DNA of 56,319 bases, taken from contig RFST01000001.1 in NCBI GenBank assembly GCA_009923855.1, positions 1-56,319 on the forward strand. Reading direction: 5' to 3'. A program made the position numbers and the translations under genes. The DNA comes from Actinomycetota bacterium (lineage in GTDB: Bacteria; Actinomycetota; Acidimicrobiia; Acidimicrobiales; Ilumatobacteraceae). Under the pieces are notes generated by a model. That model was not told the origin of the DNA. It worked only from the letters and a program-made list of their open reading frames with translations, and searched no databases. This document shows, one piece after another, positions 17,270 through 26,064 of this stretch; the stretch's first letter is position 1; every line of letters starts with the position of its first letter.

Positions 17270-18175
17270 ATGGCGCTGTACTCGCCCGGACGTCGCCGGG
17301 CCATCATCTTGTTGGCGGTCACGTCGGTGTTGCTGCTCACCCTCGATCTGCGTGGGAACCGCCTGTTCGACGCGGTGCGCTCGGCAGCGGGTGCGGTTGC
17401 TGATCCATTTCAGACGGCTGCTGACGTCGTCACCTCGCCGATCAGTCGTGCCGTGCGCAGCTATCGCGATTACGACAGCCTGTTGGCGGAAGTCACCGAT
17501 CTGCGATCGCAGGTGGAGGCGCAGCGTGCCGCCGAGATCGCGGCACAGAACGCCATCATCGAGAATCAGGACCTGTTGGCACTCGAGGGCTTGGAGAGTG
17601 TTGCCTCATATGACTCGGTGACGGCGCGTCTCGTCGGGCAATCGCCAACGAACTTCGATCAGCAAGTTGAGATCGACCGTGGTTCGGTGCACGGCATCCG
17701 GGTGGGAATGGCTGCCACCGGCACGGGTGTTGGGCTGGTGGGCAAAGTCACGCGTGTGTCACCACAGTCGAGCGTGATCATGCTGGTCACCGACCCGTCG
17801 TACGCCGTTCCGGTAAAGATCATCGCCGGCATCGACGAGGTTGGGGGCAGCACAATCGATACCGATACGTCGGTGCCGGAGGTCATCCGTGAAACCGGAG
17901 TGCTGCGAGGGCGGGGTGACGATCGATTGCCGCGCGTGAGCTTCGTTGCCGGTTCTGCCGGGTTTGGTCGCATCAGCGCCGGCGACACGGTGTTCACCGC
18001 GGGTGGCTCCACATCGCTCGCACCGCCGAATATTCCAGTCGGGACAGTCGCGAATGTCATCACACGCCCCGGCACAGCTGGCCAAGAAGTAGAGGTTGAA
18101 CTGGTCTCCGATCTCGAACGGCTGCAGTTCGTCAGGATCATCTTGTATCAACCGCCGACGGAGTTGGCCGAGTGA
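17270..18175 (+). CDS. mreC: Rod-shape-determining protein MreC
   Basis: N-terminal TM helix, a coiled-coil segment (LLAEVTDLRSQVEAQRA), and beta-rich domains (GIRVGMA...GLVGKVTRVSPQSSVIMLVTDP). It sits directly after mreB. Confidence 0.88.
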   Translation: MALYSPGRRRAIILLAVTSVLLLTLDLRGNRLFDAVRSAAGAVADPFQTAADVVTSPISRAVRSYRDYDSLLAEVTDLRSQVEAQRAAEIAAQNAIIENQDLLALEGLESVASYDSVTARLVGQSPTNFDQQVEIDRGSVHGIRVGMAATGTGVGLVGKVTRVSPQSSVIMLVTDPSYAVPVKIIAGIDEVGGSTIDTDTSVPEVIRETGVLRGRGDDRLPRVSFVAGSAGFGRISAGDTVFTAGGSTSLAPPNIPVGTVANVITRPGTAGQEVEVELVSDLERLQFVRIILYQPPTELAE

Positions 18176-18702
18176 TCAACGCGCTGCGGCACGGGTGGCT
18201 GCCTCGGGTGGTGCTCCTCGGGTTCGTCCTCGTCGCCGTGCAGACCACCTTGGCCGCCGATATGCGTCCGTTTGGTGTGTCGGTACAGGTGGTGCTGGCC
18301 TTCGCTTCCGCGGCAGGTGCCGCCAGTGACGCGGACCGTGGTGCTGCAGCCGGCTTCGTTGTCGGCTTGCTGTACGACCTGGTCATCGGTACGCCTATTG
18401 GCGCAACGGCATTGACCATGGCGGTTGCGGGCCATGTTGCCGGGCTGGGCCGTCGCTTTCGTGTGGAGCCGGTGTGGTGGATTCTTGCCGTGTTCACCGC
18501 AGTTGGAGCGTTGGTGGGGGAAGGTCTTGTACCTGTTGTGCGCCTGTTCATCGGCGAAGCAGACCCCGTGGGCTGGCGAATTGCGGCGGTGTTGCCAACG
18601 GTGACGGTGGCTGCAGCGATGCTGTCGCCGGTGATGGTGCCGGCGGCGCGGTGGGCGTTGTCGGTGCGCGAGAGCGAACTCAAGGTGCCGGGTGATGCCT
18701 GA
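18172..18702 (+). CDS. mreD: Rod-shape-determining protein MreD
   Basis: 176-aa polytopic membrane protein with a GTGA overlap with mreC. The call rests on position in the mreBCD cluster and on hydrophobicity. Confidence 0.75.
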   Translation: MINALRHGWLPRVVLLGFVLVAVQTTLAADMRPFGVSVQVVLAFASAAGAASDADRGAAAGFVVGLLYDLVIGTPIGATALTMAVAGHVAGLGRRFRVEPVWWILAVFTAVGALVGEGLVPVVRLFIGEADPVGWRIAAVLPTVTVAAAMLSPVMVPAARWALSVRESELKVPGDA

Positions 18703-18731
18703 TACGCCGGTCAATACGCAACAATCGTGTC

Positions 18732-20948
18732 ATGTCCGGTGACCGACGAGCCGTCCGGCTTGGCATCTTGGCCACAGTGGCCGTGATCCTCGTATCACTG
18801 CTCGGCGTCCGGCTCTGGTTCTTGCAGACCGTGCGGGCCGAGGAGCTGCAAGAGCGCGTCGATCGGTCGAAGACCCGCGTGGTCCAACTGGCGCCCGAGC
18901 GGGGACGCATATTCGACGCGGATGGCCGGATTCTTGCCGATAACCGGCGCATCCTGACCGTGGCCATTGACTGGAACTATCTACAGCGCCGGAGTGAGCG
19001 CACAGAACTGTTCCGACGCTTGGAGGGCTGGGTTGGGGTGCCAGCTTCGGAAATGGAAGATCGCTACACCTCTGGGTACTACTCGCCGTTCCTTCCGCTG
19101 CCCATCGCCGAGGATGTCGACGAGCAGACAGCGATTGCGCTTCTCGAGCGCGTGGAGGACCTCCCGGGGGTGGAGATCGTCAACGGATGGGAACGCGTCT
19201 ATCCCTATGCCCCACACGCCGCTCATGTCGTTGGCTACATGGGAGCCATTACCGCCGAGCAGTTGGAGACCTATCTGACGCGGGGCTACCTCCGAAACGA
19301 GCGCGTTGGCCAGTTTGGCGCGGAACGTTCCCTCGAGGAGATACTTCACGGCACGTGGGGGTACCGCATCCTCGAAGTGGATGCCAGCAACCGTCCGGTG
19401 CGCGTGGTGGAAGAGGTTCCGCCGATCAACGGGCACGACGTGCAACTCACCATCGATCTGGATGTACAGGTGTACATAGAGCAGGCACTGCAGACGTCGT
19501 TGGCGTCGCGGCGCACGCAGTACACATCGAATCCCCTTGTACGCCAACCCGATGGAACGCTGGGGCTGCTCGACCCCGACGAGCCCGAGCGCGTGCCGTA
19601 CAAGGCGCCAGCCGGTGCCGCTCTGGTCATGCGGTACGACACCGGCGACGTCGTCGCCATGGCGAGTTATCCCACCTTTGACAACCGCTGGTTCGAAGCC
19701 GACCTCACCGGAGCAAAGTTCCGTCAGGTATTTCCCTCGACCAAACCCGACGGGTCACCGATTGATCCGGATGAATCGATTCTGGTGAATCGGGCAATCC
19801 AAGGGCGGTACAACCTCGGGTCGACCTTCAAGCCGTTCACGGCGTACGCCGCGCTCACCACCGACCTGATCACCTCTGATGAACTCTTCACCGATACCGG
19901 GTACTACGAGTTGTATTCGGTGAACCCTGCGCGCTGCGACGCCGGCCTGGTGCGGTGTAGCTACAAGAACGCCCTCTGCGGCACCGGGGCACCGTGCGTG
20001 TACGGCGATGTCGATGTTGAAGATGCTCTCGCGGTGTCGTCCGATGCCTTCTTCTACCGCATCGGTGAGGACATTCTGGTGGAGAACGGTGGGGCGCCGG
20101 TCTTCCAGGAACAGTTGGAATTGTTCGGGTTTGGCGCCGACACAGGGATTGAGCTTCCATTCGAATTCGATGGAACGGTGCCCGACCGCGAACTCAAACG
20201 CACCTATGCCGAGCGTGGCGTCATCAGCGAGGATGAAGGGCGGGGCTTCTATGTCGGTGACAGCATTCAGATGGCGATCGGCCAGGGCCTGTTGTCGGCG
20301 ACACCACTGCAACTCGCGAATGGCTATGCCACCTTCGCCAACGGGGGCACGGTTCTGCAACCAACGATTGTCAAGCGGGTCTGGGAGCCCGGCACTCCGG
20401 ATGGTTCCGTCGGCTATGCCGATCTTCGCCGTGGCGCCGTGGACACTGAAAGCGTGGCGCCGACGATCCTGCGTACTGTCCCGATGGACCCCGAGGTTCG
20501 CGATCCGATCATCGCTGGGTTGACACGGGTGGTGACCACCGGTGCAGGCACACCTGGTACCGATATTCCGTATCACTCCACCACCGGCGAAAAGCTGTTC
20601 TACGACTATCCAGATGATGCGATCCCGGTGGCCGGCAAGACCGGCACTGCTCAGGGGGCGGGCAACTACCCATGGAATGACTCGTCGGCGTTCGCCGGAT
20701 TCTCCCTCGACCCGGAGGATCCGTATGTCGTAAGTGCCTACTTGGAAAAAGCCGGGTACGGCTCGATTGCTGCGGGCCCGGTGGTGAAGTGCACGTTCAT
20801 GATGCTGTCTGGGGCGATTGCAACGGAACCGGTGGCTGTGTCAGAACCTCTGGACGAGTTGATGACGGTCGCAGCCCGCGACGAGTATCTCGACGACGTG
20901 GCGTGCTTCAACCGGCGCGGAACCGGAACGATCGGGCTGGTCGAGTGA
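18732..20948 (+). CDS. mrdA: Penicillin-binding protein 2 (class B elongasome transpeptidase)
   Basis: N-terminal TM helix; SxxK = STFKPF; SxD = SSDAFF; KTGTAQ. Confidence 0.9.
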   Translation: MSGDRRAVRLGILATVAVILVSLLGVRLWFLQTVRAEELQERVDRSKTRVVQLAPERGRIFDADGRILADNRRILTVAIDWNYLQRRSERTELFRRLEGWVGVPASEMEDRYTSGYYSPFLPLPIAEDVDEQTAIALLERVEDLPGVEIVNGWERVYPYAPHAAHVVGYMGAITAEQLETYLTRGYLRNERVGQFGAERSLEEILHGTWGYRILEVDASNRPVRVVEEVPPINGHDVQLTIDLDVQVYIEQALQTSLASRRTQYTSNPLVRQPDGTLGLLDPDEPERVPYKAPAGAALVMRYDTGDVVAMASYPTFDNRWFEADLTGAKFRQVFPSTKPDGSPIDPDESILVNRAIQGRYNLGSTFKPFTAYAALTTDLITSDELFTDTGYYELYSVNPARCDAGLVRCSYKNALCGTGAPCVYGDVDVEDALAVSSDAFFYRIGEDILVENGGAPVFQEQLELFGFGADTGIELPFEFDGTVPDRELKRTYAERGVISEDEGRGFYVGDSIQMAIGQGLLSATPLQLANGYATFANGGTVLQPTIVKRVWEPGTPDGSVGYADLRRGAVDTESVAPTILRTVPMDPEVRDPIIAGLTRVVTTGAGTPGTDIPYHSTTGEKLFYDYPDDAIPVAGKTGTAQGAGNYPWNDSSAFAGFSLDPEDPYVVSAYLEKAGYGSIAAGPVVKCTFMMLSGAIATEPVAVSEPLDELMTVAARDEYLDDVACFNRRGTGTIGLVE

Positions 20949-20961
20949 ACGGGCGGCGACA

Positions 20962-22125
20962 ATGGCGATGACATTTCTCAGCCGACGCCCCGACAGCGGC
21001 CTCGGGAACATTCGGTCATCCCCGGGCGATCCGAGCCGCAATATTGATTGGGTGCTGCTCGGGGTGCAGGCCATCTTGATGGTCATTGGATGTTTTGTCG
21101 TCTTCTCGGCATCGCGCACTCGGATTCCCGGCGATCCGTACGCTTTCGCCAACCGACAGGTGGTCTTTGCAATCGTTGGGGCGGTCGCGATGGTGGTGGT
21201 GATGTCCATCGACTACGAACGGTTGCGCGAGCGGGCCCTCGGGTTGTACTCCGCAACGGTTGCGCTGCTGTTGTTGCTCATCTTGCTCGGCCTTGCGCGT
21301 GGCCAAGACCGCATCTCGTTCGACTTCGGGCCGTTCAACCTGCAGCCCGCTGAACTCGCCAAGTTCACGACGCTGCTGCTGCTGGCGGCGTATCTGGCAG
21401 AAGGTCGCAGTGACGAGGTGACCTACGCGCGCTTTCTCGGCGGTCTCGTGCTGGTGGGTATACCTACGGTGCTCATCGTGGCGCAGCCCGACCTCGGGTC
21501 AGCGTCGGTGCTGGTCTCGCTCGCCATGGGCACATTGTTGGTGGCCGGTGCGCGCCCGAAGTACATCGCCGCGGTGAGTGTGCTGTCGGTGATGACGGTG
21601 GTGGCAGCATTCGTGGGGCAGTTGGTGAACCGGTATCAGGTGCAACGCTTGCAGGTCTTTCTTGATCAAGAGACCACCGATCCCACTCTGCAAGACGCCG
21701 TCTACCAGGTGCGCAACGCCATCCGGGCCGTGGGCACTGGGGGAGTGTGGGGCAAGGGGTGGCTCGAAGGTCCTCTGACCAATGGGCGTGACATTCCCGT
21801 GATGTGGGCCGATTTCCCATTTGCTGCGGTGGCCGAACAGTTCGGCATGGTCGGTTGCGCAGTCCTGCTGGCCCTGTTCTGTGTGGCGTTGGTGCGCATC
21901 TGGCGAATCGCCAGCCTGTCGAAAGATCTGCTCGGTACGTACATTGCGGCTGGGGTGTTCACCATGTTGCTGTGGCAGGTGTTCCAGAACGTCGGTATGA
22001 CGCTTGGCATCACGCCGGTGACCGGATTACCGATGCCGTTTATTTCCTATGGCGGGTCCTCGCTGATCGTGTACTGCGCGCTGTTCGGACTCGTGCAGAG
22101 CGTGCATATGCGCCGTATGCGCTGA
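20962..22125 (+). CDS. rodA: SEDS-family peptidoglycan polymerase RodA
   Basis: FtsW/RodA/SpoVE pattern: FNLQPAELAKF, PDLGSA, ...FPFAAVAEQFG..., GLPMPFISYGGSS. Confidence 0.9.
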   Translation: MAMTFLSRRPDSGLGNIRSSPGDPSRNIDWVLLGVQAILMVIGCFVVFSASRTRIPGDPYAFANRQVVFAIVGAVAMVVVMSIDYERLRERALGLYSATVALLLLLILLGLARGQDRISFDFGPFNLQPAELAKFTTLLLLAAYLAEGRSDEVTYARFLGGLVLVGIPTVLIVAQPDLGSASVLVSLAMGTLLVAGARPKYIAAVSVLSVMTVVAAFVGQLVNRYQVQRLQVFLDQETTDPTLQDAVYQVRNAIRAVGTGGVWGKGWLEGPLTNGRDIPVMWADFPFAAVAEQFGMVGCAVLLALFCVALVRIWRIASLSKDLLGTYIAAGVFTMLLWQVFQNVGMTLGITPVTGLPMPFISYGGSSLIVYCALFGLVQSVHMRRMR

Positions 22126-22343
22126 GCACTCACCCAGTTGCGCGTGGGCGGTCACCGTGAGCGACGTTGCCGCCGGGTAACATAGGGGGGTCATGTTCGT
22201 CGCGCTCCTCGTCCTTGTCGCGGGTCTGAGTGTCGCGGGCATCACCAAATTCATCACACTTCCGCGTGCTGTGGGCCCCGACGACGTGGCCACCGCGGAG
22301 GTCCGCCGCCCAACGTGCGGCCCCACACTGAAGGATTCCACCG

Positions 22344-24137
22344 ATGGACGATCGAACTCCCTCCTCCGAGAGCACCGGGGCGACCCCCGGAGCCTCTGCC
22401 TCTTCCGCCGACAACTCGTCGTCGCCCTCATCGCCCCCTAACGGCGGAGCGAACCGCCGCCGCCGGCGTGGGTCCCGTGGGGGGCAGGGCCGCCAACGTT
22501 CTGCTTCCCCGGCGTCCGATGGCGCCACCGGTGACTCGTCGGTTGCGTCATCGGGCAGTGATGCGCCGCGGGCACCTCGCATTGGCGACACCATGCCCAT
22601 CCCAACGGTGCCGCCGCCTGGGCCGGCACGGACATCTGATGAACCCCCAGCCGGATCGGGCGCCGGCGGAGGCCAGTCGAAATCCGCTCGCAACCGTCGT
22701 CGTCGCTCGCGCGGTGGCGGTGGTGGGAGCTCTGGTGGTGCAGGTCAACAGCGACAGGGCGACAAGGCCGGTCCCTCTGCCAGCCGTCGACGTCAGCGTG
22801 GTGGCCAGAGCCAGGAGTTGAGCCCAGAGACCCTTGAGCGTCGGCGCGGGCGCGAGCGTGATGGGAAGCCACTCGGTCGGTATGTGATGTGTGTGCAGGT
22901 GCGCGACGGCATCACCCAGGTGGGCGTTCTCGAGGGCCGCAACTTGATCGAGCACTATGTGTCACGCCCTGCCGATGATGTCGCGCAAATTCACGGCAAC
23001 ATCTACCTCGGGCGCGTGCAAAACGTGTTGCCCGGTATGGAGGCAGCGTTTGTCGATATCGCGACGCCGAAGAATGCGGTGTTGTATCGCGGGGACGTGC
23101 AGTTCGACCCCGATGATGTCGACAGCGGCGGTGAGGCACGAATCGAAGAGATCCTCAAGAACAAGCAGATGATTCTCTGTCAGGTGACGAAGAATCCGAT
23201 TGGAGCCAAGGGGGCGCGCCTCACCCAAGAGGTGTCCTTGCCGGGTCGATTTGTGGTTCTGATCCCGAACTCCTCCACCTATGGGATTTCCAAGCGCCTG
23301 CCCGACGATGTCCGTCGACGTCTGCGATCGATCCTCGATCGGGTCAAGCCAGACCAGCACGGTCTCATTGTGCGCACGGCGGCTGAACATGCAACCGAGG
23401 CCGAACTCAGTGCCGACATGGAACTCTTGCTCGCCGAGTGGGCCAGAATTGAAGCGCGCGCGTCGGAGGCGAAGCGTCCGGCATTGCTGCATCGCGAACC
23501 AGAGTTGGCGGTGCGCGTGATCCGCGAGGAATTTAATGCCGATTATCGGCGTGTCGTGATCGACGATGAGCGTCTGTACAACGACATCCGCGAATATGTC
23601 GGGGCGTTCAATCCCGAACTCGTCGATCGCATCGAGTTCTACAACCGTGCGACAGAACAATTGTCACTGTTCGAGGAGTACCACATCCACGAACAGGTGC
23701 ACAAGGCGCTCGATCGCAAGGTATGGCTCCCGTCTGGTGGGTCGTTGATCATCGAGCACACCGAGGCTCTCACGGTGATTGACGTGAACACCGGGAAGAA
23801 TGTGGGCAAGGACAACCTCGAAGCGACAGTGTTTGCGAACAATCTCGAGGCGGCAACCGAAATCGCGCACCAGCTACGCCTTCGCGACATCGGCGGCATC
23901 ATCGTGATCGATTTCATCGACATGGAGATCAAACAGAACCGCGCTGCGGTCGTCGATGCGTTCCGCGAGGCGCTGTCGCGAGACAAGACGCGCACCCAGG
24001 TATTCGATATCTCTGAACTTGGTCTTGTGGAGATGACCCGCAAACGCATCGGGGAGGGGCTCCTCACCGAATTCTCCACCGAATGCCCAGATTGCGCAGG
24101 GCGTGGTCTCATCGTCGATCACGGCCTGCTCAACTGA
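22344..24137 (+). CDS. rne: Rne/Rng-family ribonuclease (RNase E/G)
   Basis: S1 domain GNIYLGRVQNVLPGMEAAFVDIA, catalytic core LTVIDVNTGK and GGIIVIDFIDM, and Zn-link CPDCAGRG. An Arg/Ser/Gly-rich N-terminal region of about 175 aa precedes the core. GAAGGA lies 8 nt before the ATG at 22344. The start is somewhat uncertain. Confidence 0.88.
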   Translation: MDDRTPSSESTGATPGASASSADNSSSPSSPPNGGANRRRRRGSRGGQGRQRSASPASDGATGDSSVASSGSDAPRAPRIGDTMPIPTVPPPGPARTSDEPPAGSGAGGGQSKSARNRRRRSRGGGGGSSGGAGQQRQGDKAGPSASRRRQRGGQSQELSPETLERRRGRERDGKPLGRYVMCVQVRDGITQVGVLEGRNLIEHYVSRPADDVAQIHGNIYLGRVQNVLPGMEAAFVDIATPKNAVLYRGDVQFDPDDVDSGGEARIEEILKNKQMILCQVTKNPIGAKGARLTQEVSLPGRFVVLIPNSSTYGISKRLPDDVRRRLRSILDRVKPDQHGLIVRTAAEHATEAELSADMELLLAEWARIEARASEAKRPALLHREPELAVRVIREEFNADYRRVVIDDERLYNDIREYVGAFNPELVDRIEFYNRATEQLSLFEEYHIHEQVHKALDRKVWLPSGGSLIIEHTEALTVIDVNTGKNVGKDNLEATVFANNLEAATEIAHQLRLRDIGGIIVIDFIDMEIKQNRAAVVDAFREALSRDKTRTQVFDISELGLVEMTRKRIGEGLLTEFSTECPDCAGRGLIVDHGLLN

Positions 24138-24201
24138 GTGCCGATGTATCGCATGGGGGCAGTTGATGCATGCCGATGGCGGCGATAGCGTCCAGATGGC
24201 T

Positions 24202-24507
24202 ATGTACGCAGTGATCGCCACAGGTGGAAAGCAAGAAAAGGTCGTCGAAGGCCAGCGGCTCCGCGTTGAGTTGCTCGGTGTCGACGATGGCTCTGACGTG
24301 GCGTTCACGCCCGTACTGGTCGTCGATGGTGACCGTGTGCTCACCGGTGCCGACGCGGCGTCGGCCTCGGTAGCAGCCAAGGTTGTGGGCACGGAGCGCG
24401 GCGAGAAGATCGACGGGTTCACCTACAAGCGCCGCACGAATCAGCGTCGCCGCTACGGGCACCGTCAGAACTACAACGTGATCGAGATCACCTCGATCAC
24501 CGCCTGA
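24202..24507 (+). CDS. rplU: 50S ribosomal protein L21
   Basis: MYAVIATGGKQEKVVEGQ... ...YKRRTNQRRRYGHRQ. An alternative ATG lies at 24196. Confidence 0.93.
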   Translation: MYAVIATGGKQEKVVEGQRLRVELLGVDDGSDVAFTPVLVVDGDRVLTGADAASASVAAKVVGTERGEKIDGFTYKRRTNQRRRYGHRQNYNVIEITSITA

Positions 24508-24522
24508 ACCGAGGAGTCAGAG

Positions 24523-24774
24523 ATGTCGAAGACCAAGGGCGGCGGTTCCACCCGGAACGGCCGCGACTCAAATGCACAGCGCCTCGGTGTGAAGGTGTTC
24601 GATGGCACCAAGATCACAGCCGGCACGATCATTGTGCGCCAGCGTGGTACACGGTTCCATCCGGGCCGCAACGTGGGCATTGGTGGCGATGACACGTTGT
24701 TCGCGCTTGCCGATGGCTCGGTGAAGTTCGGTCAGCGCAAGGGCCGCAAGGTCGTCGACGTCGTCGACGCCTGA
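24523..24774 (+). CDS. rpmA: 50S ribosomal protein L27
   Basis: [28 protein letters not shown]...[22 protein letters not shown]. Confidence 0.96.
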   Translation: MSKTKGGGSTRNGRDSNAQRLGVKVFDGTKITAGTIIVRQRGTRFHPGRNVGIGGDDTLFALADGSVKFGQRKGRKVVDVVDA

Positions 24775-24840
24775 CATTAACTGCGTTTCTCGTAGTTCTT
24801 GAGACCGCGTGTGCGTGGACGGCCGGTTACCGTTCGTTCG

Positions 24841-25995
24841 CTAGACGTCGATACCCGCGGGCAGTCGGTCGCGCTCCCAGCCGAGCAGGCTCATGGCCCG
24901 GCCGCAGGCGTAGCGGTCCGTCATGCCGCTGACCCATGCGACGGCCATGCGGACAGCCTCGGGTGATCCTGCGTCAAGGTCGCGTGCGATGTCGTCGCGT
25001 TCGCTGGCTAACTCATGCGGGCGGTCGGCATAGTGCTCGACGAGGGCGCGCAACATAACGATCACGGCATCGGCCTGGCGACGTGACGCTGGTCGAAGGT
25101 AGACGTGGTCGTAATTGAAGCGTCGAAATGCCCCGAGCGCCTCCGCGATATCGGGGTGCATGCCGATGCGCCCGGACGTGGCCGCGGTATCGATCATCGA
25201 TCGCACAAATGTTCCCAGTTGGCTGCTGCGGTCGGTTCCACAGCGACGAGCAACAATGTCGGGCAGCATGTGTGATGCCACGATGCCGGCAGCAACCGCA
25301 TCTTCGAAGTCATGGCAGACATAGGCAATGCGATCAGCCCATGAGACAACTTCTCCCTCTGGGGTGCTCGGCGCCGGTCGACTCCACGAGTGGTTGCGAA
25401 TGCCATCAAGTGTTTCGATGCAGAGGTTTAGTGGTGTGAGGGTTTCATCTGCTCCCCACACGGCATGGTCGTATCCCTCGGCAAGATACGGGCTGAAGGC
25501 ATCTTCGCTCGCGTGGCCTCCAGGACCGTGACCACAGTCGTGACCCACTGCGATGGCCTCGGTGAGAGCCACGTTCAGCCCGAGCGGGCCGGCCACCGAT
25601 CTGGCCACCTGCGCGACTTCCACTGCATGAGTCATGCGGGTGCGCTGATGATCGTCGGGGAACACGAAGACCTGTGTCTTGCCGGCTAAGCGCCGAAATG
25701 CGCTGGCATGGAGAATGCGGTCGCGGTCGCGCTCGAAACAGGTGCGTACCGGGTCGGGTTCTTCGTCTATGCCTCGATTGCCCGCCCCCCAGGACCGGGT
25801 TGCGGTCGGCGACAAATGGGCGTGCTCGAACTCTTCACGCTGATGGCGCGAGACGCGGTCGGCGCGGGCAAGGGCGTGGGAGTCAGCGTGTGCAACCGCG
25901 ACATCGTCGATGTGATGGGCGTGCATCGTGGCCGCCCACCGAGCTGCACGCTCGGCCATTGCCTCATCGTCAGGAAGTGAGCTGGAGGGTGTCAC
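24841..25995 (-). CDS. dgt: dGTP triphosphohydrolase-like HD-domain protein
   Basis: RDRDRILHASAFRRLAGKTQVF, TRMTHAVEVAQVARS, GHDCGHGPGGH. GTG start. Confidence 0.88.
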   Translation of the reverse strand: MTPSSSLPDDEAMAERAARWAATMHAHHIDDVAVAHADSHALARADRVSRHQREEFEHAHLSPTATRSWGAGNRGIDEEPDPVRTCFERDRDRILHASAFRRLAGKTQVFVFPDDHQRTRMTHAVEVAQVARSVAGPLGLNVALTEAIAVGHDCGHGPGGHASEDAFSPYLAEGYDHAVWGADETLTPLNLCIETLDGIRNHSWSRPAPSTPEGEVVSWADRIAYVCHDFEDAVAAGIVASHMLPDIVARRCGTDRSSQLGTFVRSMIDTAATSGRIGMHPDIAEALGAFRRFNYDHVYLRPASRRQADAVIVMLRALVEHYADRPHELASERDDIARDLDAGSPEAVRMAVAWVSGMTDRYACGRAMSLLGWERDRLPAGIDV

Positions 25996-26064
25996 ATGAC
26001 CAGCCTACGATCCCGGTGTCGCACCCTCCCGTCGTGCTGGGTCGATGCTCGGTAGCGTGTCGAC

